Below are positions 53,718-64,000 of a stretch of 64,000 nt of DNA, one piece after another. Source of the DNA: Octopus bimaculoides (taxonomy: Eukaryota); assembly GCF_001194135.2 (NCBI RefSeq), contig NC_068981.1, positions 16,007,196 to 16,071,195 on the forward strand, read 5' to 3'. Made by a program: the position numbers and the translations under genes. A model generated the notes under the pieces. It saw only the letters and a program-made list of their open reading frames with translations. It was not told the origin of the DNA and searched no databases. Position 1 is the stretch's first letter, and every line of letters starts with the position of its first letter.

Positions 53718-54354
53718 GCACACATACACACACACACATTAGTAAATAATAACAAGTAAATATATCGAATATTTCAACAAACAATCTAGACAAGGAAGAA
53801 GTCTACTTGTTCAATTAACACGACGTGACCATTAGTTTTGTTGTAATTTAATCATATGCAGCCAAAGAATATACGTCATTTATATATATATATATATGTA
53901 TATCATTATTATTATTATTATTATTATTATCATATTATATTATGCTATACTATATTATATTATATTATATTATATTATATACACTGCTATGGATATACAG
54001 CATATATATACAGCAGTATCGATAAATGTATGTATACATGTATATTTATATTAATATTTCTGTATTTGCAATATATAGATCCTAAAATATTTGGCAAAAG
54101 TAACTGTATATCAAAATGCACAGGGTCAGTTGAATTAGCGCTCATAATTGTTACTGTCATGGAAGCTGTGTTGCTGCAGTTGGTAGTGGCGAAGGTGTAA
54201 TGTTCGTGTGATAGTGCGGTAAGGTAGCTTGGTGGTTTTAATGGTAGTAGTTTTAATTTGGGAGGTTTCCAGACCTGCGCAAGTAGACATAGTTTGAATG
54301 GTCCTAAAAGATTTCCATCAAGACCAACATGTCTTTCCTTCAGTATCTGAGCAT

Positions 54355-54371
54355 GCAGCAGCAGCAACAGC

Positions 54372-54433
<62 letters not shown>

Positions 54434-54627
54434 GGGAGGAGGAGAAGAGAAAATGGGAGAAGAAGAAAAAGAAAAAAAAGAAGAGGAGGAGGAGGGGTAA
54501 AAGAAGAAGAAAAAGAAGGGGAAGAAGGGGAGGAGGAGGAGGAAAAGAAGGAGAATAAGAGGGAAAGAAGGAGAAGAAGAAGAAGAAGAAGAAGAAGAAG
54601 AAGAAGAAGAAGAAGAAGAAGAAGAAA
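54355..54627. repeat. (AGC)/(AGT)n followed by a ~200-bp almost pure purine tract ending in (GAA)n
   Basis: Visible directly. Confidence 0.95.
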
Positions 54628-54793
54628 GAACTGATATCGAGAGATTAAAAGACATTTAAGTACTTCACTGCATTCAAAGTAGTGAATAATAACGAACCAA
54701 GTATTTTTTTGGTAAGTGAATTCCATTGTTTTGTGGATACAATAGTAAGGTTGTGTGCATACACGTAGTTCTATATGTTTATAAACTTATTCT

Positions 54794-55222
54794 TTTCTAT
54801 TCTAGGCACAAGGTCCGAAATTTCGGGGGAGGGGGCCAATTAATTAGATCGACTCCAGTACGCAGCTGGTTCTTAATTTATCGACCCCGAAAGGAGGAAA
54901 GGCAAAGTCGATCTCGGTAGAATTTGAACTTAGAACGTAAAGACAGACGAAATACCGCTAAGCATTTCACTCTGCGTGCTAACGTATCTTGTTTCTTTAT
55001 TGCCCACAAGGGGCTAAACATAGAGGGAACAAACAAGGATAGGCAAAGGGATTAAGTCGATTACATCGAATCCAGTGCGTAATTGGTACTTAATTTATCG
55101 ACCGCCGAAAGGGTGAAGGATAAAGTCGACCTCGGCGGAATTTGAACTCAAAACGTAACGACAGACGAAATACCGCTAAGCATTTCGCCCGGCGTGCTAA
55201 CGCTTCTGCCAGTTCACCGCCT
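54794..55222 (-). mobile_element. dimeric Nin/Deu-type SINE bounded by an 18-bp TSD
   Basis: Full monomer at about 54990-55222 plus head-less monomer at about 54794-54984. tgtttataaacttattct occurs at 54776-54793 and 55223-55240. Confidence 0.9.
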
Positions 55223-56231
55223 TGTTTATAAACTTATTCTAACGTAATTTAATAGATGTGCATGTATATGTTTGTTTATATGTACGTGCGAAATATGTAT
55301 GAAACAGTAATGTTTACAGAAGTGTATGTGGGGATACGTGTGCTTTTATTTTGTTTCTGAGTGTACCTAAGTGAATACCATCTTGGATAAATAGCGTCTT
55401 ACATGTAAATAAATATTTTTTTATATTTGTGTGCATCCGTGTTTGAATCTCTTTCTGCGCATGGTTATGAATGTAGGATTCAATATATTTAACGGTATAA
55501 CAAAAAAAAAAATTAAAAATATTATTTTAATTAAATTGCGATTCAATTCCGCTAAAACGTATTAATACAATTGTATACAACCAAAACACATAAGAAAAAC
55601 ACGTACTTAAACTAATATATCAGCTGTCATCTTACGTTTCGTCTTTAAAACGACATCTCTACAAGAAATCTATGCAAATATATCCTATGCAGAAAACAAA
55701 CAAGAGCAGTCTTTGAAAAATATATGATTTGAAATTAGTTATTATAAAGTATATACATATAAAATGACTACGAAGATAAAAATAGAAATAAAATAAAATA
55801 AAATATCAATCAAATCAGACGAAAGGACTGAAATCGTGATGAATTATTTCCCTTAAGAATCTGACAATGTGTGTCAATAATTAAGCGTATTTAAAATATA
55901 AGCATAATAAATGCCTGAAAATTAAAAGGGAATCTTTTCTCTAATATTATTATTGACATAACAAAAATTTCCCTCAAATATAGGGAGTGTATAATCTCTT
56001 CGAAAGTCTGATAAGGTTTTATAATCTTATAATCATATATTTTGTAAAGATACATTTAAAAAATACTATTTGACATTACTTTTGTAAGATATTCCCAACA
56101 AATATTCTATTATTAAATTCGCATTCATATGAATATCTTCAATGTTGTGTGTATATATATGCGAATTCTACGTTAATTAGGAAACGGTAGCGACTGAAAC
56201 CTTGTAAGAATTATAAACGTTTGCACTACAT

Positions 56232-56425
56232 TCTTTTCTACTGTAGGCACAAGGCCCGAAATTTTGGAGGAGGGACCAATCGATTAGATTGACCCCAGTA
56301 CGCAACTGGTACTTAATTTATCGGCCCCCGAAAGGATGAAAGGCAAAGTCGACCTCGGCAGAATTTCAACTCTGAAGGTAACGGCAGACGAAATACCGCT
56401 AAGCATTTCGCCTGGCGTGCTAACG
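56232..56425 (-). mobile_element. Nin/Deu-type SINE, head-less monomer
   Basis: Closely similar to 54794-54984 and starting at the same cgttagcacg point. Confidence 0.9.
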
Positions 56426-59400
56426 TTTATATGGTATAATATTGAACCACATAAACTCCTAGTTGCCAAATCTTTTTCCGTTACGACGCTTTATATGCCC
56501 TAATATTGGATTATTTCCTACGGGTAATATACGGATAAGGCTGAGAATTCTATTTAATGTGAGTGTGCGTGTTTGCTTGCATATGCTTGTTCACTAGTGT
56601 GGTGTGTACGTACGTATGTACGTAGGTACGTATGTACGTATATGTGTATGCATCTATTTATGTATGTATGTTATCAATCAGTTTCATTTATGAACATCAT
56701 CTAGGTATTTGTGCATATGTGTGTGTGTGTGTGTGTGTGTGCAGTATTTGGTGTTAGTGTATGCGCAGATTTGTATGTTTGTTTTATGGATGCGTTTTTT
56801 ATGTATATATTTTCATGTCTAGATGCATGCATATGTATTTATGTGCTAAATTTTTGGAAAGTTTTACATATATTTACAGTTCCATTATGTATGTATGTAT
56901 GCATGTATGTATGTATGTATTATGAGTGCATGTATTTATGTAAGCATGTATGTATTTATGTATGTATATGTGTTTGTGTATATGTAGACGGGCATGCATA
57001 CATACACACATGTACTCTAATGTATATTACATATATGACTGTAAAGTGTGTGTGAGTGGGGTGAATATTTGTTCGAAACGAATTCATTCTTCCATGTGCA
57101 GAAAAATAGTTATCATTTTGTTCCAGAAAGTTCTGCTTAGTAGTTATTGCTGTAAAAGTGTCTAAATTATATAATGAATAAACTATTTCCATTTTCAATT
57201 AAAAGTGATATATTAGAAGTTAGACGGAAGATATACATGTAGAATGCTAACCTCTAGAAATGGGTGGGGCGGTATCCAATAAGAAGATATTAACCTTATT
57301 TTACAGGAAATGAATGTCATATTTGGTCTTTATATTACAAGTTGTTCCGTAATTATACTTTTTCACAACGTTCAGTAAATACAAAAAAATCAAAATATAT
57401 TTGCTGAATCTATGTACATTTATGTAATATTGCTTGAATTAAAACAATATATGGTAGATGGTAGAAGAATAATACAAATATTGAGTATGCACGACAAAGT
57501 ATAACATTACAATAGAATCCACTTTAGCTTCTAGTGGGACATTTACGTTACCGTTCTGAAAATTCTCAACGGTAATAATTTTCACTGAATGTTTCCAAGT
57601 GTTTCGAATGTAGTTGCTTACAAACTACTCGGTCTTATGTTGCTGATACGTATAAAACTGTACTCATAATATATACTCACTGTAGCAACAACACTTGATG
57701 AATTTTGATTAGCTTATTAGGGTCATATTTTGAAATTCTTTCGTGCTATTTGATTTTTGGTTCGTTTGTTTTTTGTGATGTTTTTGCTACTATACGGTTC
57801 ATAATTACATGTGCAACAGTTGAAGAAACACCAAATTTTTGTATCTATGCAAGTATTACGTGATTAACAAAAGCAAAACATTTTCTTCTTATGAAGATAA
57901 TGAAGCATATTTTAAACAGCTAATACTATAGCTAATATACGTTAAACATTTTGCCCAATCAAGGTAGAAAAGTACTAATAAATCTTTTGAATATTTCATC
58001 GTTCGCTTCATGCCAAGTTGTTTGTTATTGTTCATAACTTTATAAGCAGAAACTACTGGCACCGAATTAGCTTCAGTGAGCCTTGAATTCAGATGAATTC
58101 ATTATTTCGCCTGTTATCTATTTTCGATCAATAGTCATAGCCTTTTTGTTAAAAGTCTACAATTAAGAATGAAATCTTATTACCGTAGAATCAACTCACT
58201 TTTAATTTTAATCACTACATGAACTGCATATAATTTCTCCAACAGGTACTGGACAAACCCTATTTCTAGATTTGGTTCGTATGAAATCTTATACATCTCT
58301 AATCAAGCTACACCAGGGAAAATAATTTCGAATACGTCATTGTAGTTGAGAGCAAAATACGTCTTTCGCTAAATTAACTGGGTTGATGCGTAAGTGAACA
58401 AAAGAGAAGAAGAAACAAAACTCTTCAACATAATCGTCATATTTAAAAATTATGTTTATAGTTTTTGTTAAAAAGTTGTGTATATATAATTATGAAATTT
58501 TGCAAACCCGTTAAATTACATAAAGGGTTGTGTGTGATCCGAAGATGCTGCATTTTATTAACAACTTGATAGGGTAAATATTGGGGAATGCGTCGCTCAA
58601 AGTTTTTATACATAGATTTACCAGTAGTCTGTGAAAAGTACTGCAAATGTTTGTGTGAATTCTAAGCAAAAGCAGATTGAAGGATTACTCAATACTTTTA
58701 GGACACTACATCATAATTTATTTTTACAAAATTTGACAGTAATTCGAATTTTCGACTTCCTGGCCTTCATCCGACAGTCTAGCGAAACTCTTTGCCCGTG
58801 TATATGAGTGCCTGTGTATGCTTTGGTGCATATTATATATTTAGAAAATCTTAAGATTACTCTGGATTGTGTATGGGAGTACAATTCTAATATAATCCGT
58901 ATCTTTTATATTATATGTCACGTATACTGAGCCTACCTGTATAGCACATATGTAACAACATATACATACATACATACAGATATATACATATATATATATG
59001 TATATATATATATANNNNNNNNNNNNNNNNNNNNNNNNNNNNNNNNNNNNNNNNNNNNNNNNNNNNNNNNNNNNNNNNNNNNNNNNNNNNNNNNNNNNNN
59101 NNNNNNNNNNNNNNNNNNNNNNNNNNNNNNNNNNNNNNNNNNNNNNNNNNNNNNNNNNNNNNNNNNNNNNNNNNNNNNNNNNNNNNNNNNNNNNNNNNNN
59201 NNNNNNNNNNNNNNNNNNNNNNNNNNNNNNNNNNNNNNNNNNNNNNNNNNNNNNNNNNNNNNNNNNNNNNNNNNNNNNNNNNNNNNNNNNNNNNNNNNNN
59301 NNNNNNNNNNNNNNNNNNNNNNNNNNNNNNNNNNNNNNNNNNNNNNNNNNNNNNNNNNNNNNNNNNNNNNNNNNNNNNNNNNNNNNNNNNNNNNNNNNNN

Positions 59401-59468
59401 NNNNNNNNNNNNNNNNNNNNNNNNNNNNNNNNNNNNNNNNNNNNNNNNNNNNNNNNNNNNNNNNNNNN

Positions 59469-59505
<37 letters not shown>

Positions 59506-60132
59506 CATATGTATGTATGTACAGATGTATGTGTGCATGAATGTATGTATATGTGTGTGTGTATTATGAAAGTGAATGTTTATCTATGCATAAGGAAAGA
59601 CAAATCTTGTGTGTTGTTTTTTTTTTTGTATGTTAATGTCCGAAAGATTATTCTGAGCGAACCCTCAGGCGTAATATTGCTAGAAAAACTTATTCGTATT
59701 CCAGCTCCCTTCGAAGCGTGCGATCAATATAATCCATTATTTATATTACTGATTAAAACCATCTAGAACATGTCAATCACAACAACAGACGCTAGAATAT
59801 CATAACATGGAACCTGCAAATCACTTGATATACTATTCGATTGAAATTATTTTACGCAATAATATGAAGCTTATAGTATATTAAACCAAAGAAACGACCA
59901 CAAATAAACACACACACACACAAGCTAATACGCACACATAATCAAGCACAAATACACATGCACACACTTCTACAAATGAAACATCTGAGATACGTTTTAA
60001 CGCAACATCAGACTGATGTAGTATCAAAGAACAAGAATTGAATTAGCTATAGCAATAATATTAGATATTGTAATACACACGTGTCCGTGTATGTATGGGC
60101 ATATACATACATACATATACACATATACATAC

Positions 60133-60163
<31 letters not shown>

Positions 60164-60322
60164 NNNNNNNNNNNNNNNNNNNNNNNNNNNNNNNNNNNNN
60201 NNNNNNNNNNNNNNNNNNNNNNNNNNNNNNNNNNNNNNNNNNNNNNNNNNNNNNNNNNNNNNNNNNNNNNNNNNNNNNNNNNNNNNNNNNNNNNNNNNNN
60301 NNNNNNNNCCTTGTCTCCGTAT

Positions 60323-60359
60323 TCTTTCTGTTGAAGAGCGTAGCTCGAAACGTCAAAGA
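60323..60359 (+). ncRNA. minimal type I hammerhead-ribozyme-like motif (copy 1)
   Basis: TCTTT-CTGTTGA-A-GAGC gta GCTC-GAAAC-GTC-AAAGA: 5-bp stem I, 4-bp stem II and a palindromic ACGT stem III. The core has U in place of the conserved A6. Confidence 0.6.
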
Positions 60360-60444
60360 CTTTCCGTATTCCCGAGCGTCAATTGACCGTTGACTGAACA
60401 CTATTCAATTTTTTTTCTCCGTGTTTTTCTCCTTGTCTCCGTAT

Positions 60445-60481
60445 TCTTTCTGTTGAAGAGCGTAGCTCGAAACGTCAAAGA
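60445..60481 (+). ncRNA. minimal type I hammerhead-ribozyme-like motif (copy 2)
   Basis: Identical to copy 1, 122 bp downstream. Confidence 0.6.
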
Positions 60482-63435
60482 CTTTCCGTATTCCCGAGCG
60501 TCATACTAATATATACTTTTGTTATTTACACCACCTGTCCTCGTCTGTTGTTATTTTTTGTATATTCTCCTATATATATATATACATGCATGCATAAGCC
60601 AATTATTAACCAACGGCATGTAGAGATGTTATTGTATCAGCTGAAACAACAACAGCAAGACCAATTACAAATAAGCTGGAACAGTGAAATAAGATGCCTG
60701 TCACCACAAATATAGAAGAAGGACTTCATAAAATATAATGGCCAACAACAATATATAAATAGCTATGGGAATGTCCATATAAATACTTATAACAATATAC
60801 TCTCATTTATCGTTACAATATATATCTTACCAAATGACGTAATGATTTTTATTGATACTGTCCACTAAACCTAATATTTTCCCATCTATATATTTTTGCA
60901 CTAGAGGTAATTTTTTTCTTGTTAGATGTTAATTTTCCAATCTTGTCATTCTACGGTAGGACTTCAGGTTTATGAAACAAGATATTTTATAGCAATTCTA
61001 ATATATATTATTTAACGGAGATGTATAGTTAGAACATCGTAGTACTGCGGTATTCGTCTGAGAAAGGATATACTGTAGAGGTTTAGTAGAGAAAAGCACA
61101 GAAATATCAATAGCAGACTATATTTATAGCATTACATTGACGTGAGTAGGTAGGAAGCTATGAGGTGAAGAGGGTTTTTTTAAAATAAATATTAACTATT
61201 CTTCATGGTTTGACCTGCGAAACATACTCTACAGTACATCGATTTTTAATTAAGACCAGTAACTAACTACTGAGTGGAATGTCTTATTATAAAAGCGTCT
61301 TTTTAGAATTCTTTGAGTAGTCTCCATTGCAAAATTGGTGATGGTAATTCGAATTTGACAGTATGAAGCCTCGAAATCTGTATTCATTTGGATAAACAAA
61401 TGCTATTCAAAATTAATAGCTAGAGAGTATACACTTTACTATATACTCTAAGCTCTTGATCAAACAGGTTTTTACTTTGCGTGGCGGTATTATATTTTCC
61501 CTCTTATAAAGAAAACGTAGCCAGTATTTGACATGTATTCAAAATATTTTTAGCATCTTATTGAATGAGTCAGTATTTTACCAAAGATACTTTAGGGTAA
61601 AATTAGATTTTTCCCGTTTCATATGCAGTGCTCTGACCACAAATCCACCACGTACACAAATATAATCTCAGCATTCAAATATTTTCAGATTCAACTGTTA
61701 TTTAATACTAACGATATGGGTACACGACTCAAGAATGATTTCTTAAGAGATTCTATTTCCTATTGCATATAGCCATGTCGTACTTTTTGAAAATTATTAT
61801 ACTTTTCGCTGTAAACATTAAACAGATTGCAATGCCTGGGATACATAGTACGTGTTATATAGATGTAGACTTGATTAAAAAGTTTCAGCTATATGGTATT
61901 TTTAGAAGATTTATATTTACATTCTGTGCCTTATATAACACTTCAATTTCTACACAATGGTATTTTCACCATCAAACTCTAGTGATTTATAAATTTGAAA
62001 GCGTTACGCTGCGTTGGAAGTTATACAAGCACACACGCACGCATGTACACACACACACACACATACATACACACGCATGCACGCACAAACATATACATCT
62101 ATTGACTCATGATTTATTATGCTTGTAAGGAAAGCCTTTTCACGTGTCTGTCGAGAAATGTGTATGAGTATAAGTATAACACGTCTGTTCGACAGTATAG
62201 AATCTTAGTGAAACAAAACCCAATCGTTTTCTAAAACTTTGCCCAAAAATTATCCTCAATATTATTTGATGTAGCAAGTCGTTGTACCAAAACTCTTATA
62301 GATGCGTATTAATTGAAGAGGAAATTTAGCAATATCCCATATTGAAGAGGAAACATGACCAAAATATCGAATTTGCATCCAAATATTGTAAACGTAGATT
62401 TAAAATAAATTTAGTTCATAAGTCGTCTTCCACTAATTAAAATATCTCTAATTAGAGCACTTCTAATTAAGTTATTCTATCATATTTTGGAAATATAAGC
62501 TACTCAGTACATTTCTCTATACTTAATTACAAAGTGAAAAATATAAAATAGGCCCGACAGTTGAATTAATTTCCAACGTCCTAATAGAATCAGTTTTTTT
62601 TTTTTTTTTACAAATTCCAAAGACAACTAAAATTATATCAAGCTGTAGCCAACAAGATACAACAAGTAAAAGGAAATAATAACATAATATAAATGGCCTG
62701 TATTCTGAACTCCTAAAACTTGTTTACAACAGGTATATTAACAATGAGCATAAATGGAATTATAACGAAAACAGTATTACTATCTATCATAATGATTGGT
62801 TTGGTGGAGAAATAGATATAATTATATATCGTTTAAAACATGGCCTGGTTTCATTTCTCAACATCATGAAGTTATTTGGAAACCGACTCTCTAAATTTCT
62901 GTATCTTTAAAAGTATATTCTGAAATGCTTTAATATTTTCAGACTCAATTTTAATATTATCATATGTAATTCCTGAATGCATAAGGTAACTTTCAAATTG
63001 TAAGAAAAGAAGGATTAAGTTATACCTTATTCTCAGTCGTATATCCAAATAATTAGTTATTGAAGCATGTTACTAATGTGGTACATACTTTTATTTTTTC
63101 AATCCATCCATTTTTTTTTTCTTATAATTTACTACGAAAAGTTGAATAAATGAAATTTGTAGCAGAAAACGTTATAATTTAGTATAAAACTTTGATTTAA
63201 AATTTCACTGAACGCAATAGTAATTATGTATAAAGATAGAAACGAGGCGGAAAGTAATAACTATTGCACTCGCAAATATGTCATTTAAAAGCAAACAACT
63301 GTGCATGAATGCATATCTATAAACGTCCTCTACAAACATATCATAATTGGAGATTTAGTATGTCTAACATCATACATATCATAATCAGACTCATGTGTAT
63401 GAATATATATGCATATATATATGTATATATATATG

Positions 63436-63475
<40 letters not shown>

Positions 63476-63689
63476 AATTCTCTAAATGAAGTATTAACAG
63501 TAACTGCACGATAAAGTGTAGTATATTGCCACTTAAGTGTGGCTGACACCTAGGGGTGGATGTTACTGTTGCTTTTNNNNNNNNNNNNNNNNNNNNNNNN
63601 NNNNNNNNNNNNNNNNNNNNNNNNNNNNNNNNNNNNNNNNNNNNNNNNNNNNNNNNNNNNNNNNNNNNNNNNNNNNNNNNNNNNNNNNN

Positions 63690-63721
<32 letters not shown>

Positions 63722-64000
63722 AAGAGAGAGAGCGAGAGAGAGAGCGAGAGAGAGAGAGAGAGAGAGAGAGAAGACAGACAGACAGACAGTTAGTGAGAGA
63801 GAAAAAGAGAGATAGAGAGGTTATATATACTTTTATATATGTGCCTGTGTGTGTAGGTGTGTGAGTGTGTGTGAAATAGCATAAATATTTTAGTCTAATT
63901 TTCGAGGCTGTGAGCTTCCCAGACATCTCTCTGAGGGCCCTTTGTAAAATGTGCAACACAACTGAAGTTGTAGGAGATTTCCCAGCTACAAATATAAAAT

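Larger units (their letters stand above)
60309..60570 (+). mobile_element. Penelope-like pseudo-LTR with a 73-bp direct repeat
   Basis: Identical 73-mers at 60309-60381 and 60431-60503, each containing a hammerhead-like core. Confidence 0.6.

Noticed and set aside
305-63959. Long ORFs in the track rich in YI/HT/CV/poly-I/L/N/S/X
   Set aside because: They are translations of di- and trinucleotide microsatellites and of N-runs. About 15 gaps, mostly flanked by (TA)n, probably represent collapsed repeats. None is a gene.

Overview
AT-rich, microsatellite-dense eukaryotic DNA with about 15 assembly gaps. The repeat families resemble those I recall from coleoid cephalopods, probably Octopus (inference, not verified). 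I found no supportable protein-coding gene; the long ORFs in the track are microsatellite or N-run artefacts or retroelement debris. The main feature is a pile-up at about 21.6-39.1 kb (with an outlier at 6.2-7.6 kb) of R4/Dong-clade non-LTR retrotransposon fragments. These carry a CCHC knuckle, a restriction-like endonuclease (RLE) and some RT, lie almost all on the minus strand, and are separated by (ATT)n tracts. Mixed in with them are a ~550-bp non-coding element with the same target and a possible 5S-rRNA-like internal segment, and many tRNA-derived Nin/Deu-type SINEs. Other notable items: a tandem pair of minimal hammerhead-ribozyme-like motifs (60.3-60.5 kb, Penelope pseudo-LTR-like), a dimeric SINE inside one 18-bp TSD (54.8-55.2 kb), two TA-flanked Tc1/mariner-type MITEs, and decayed Penelope and RTE remnants.
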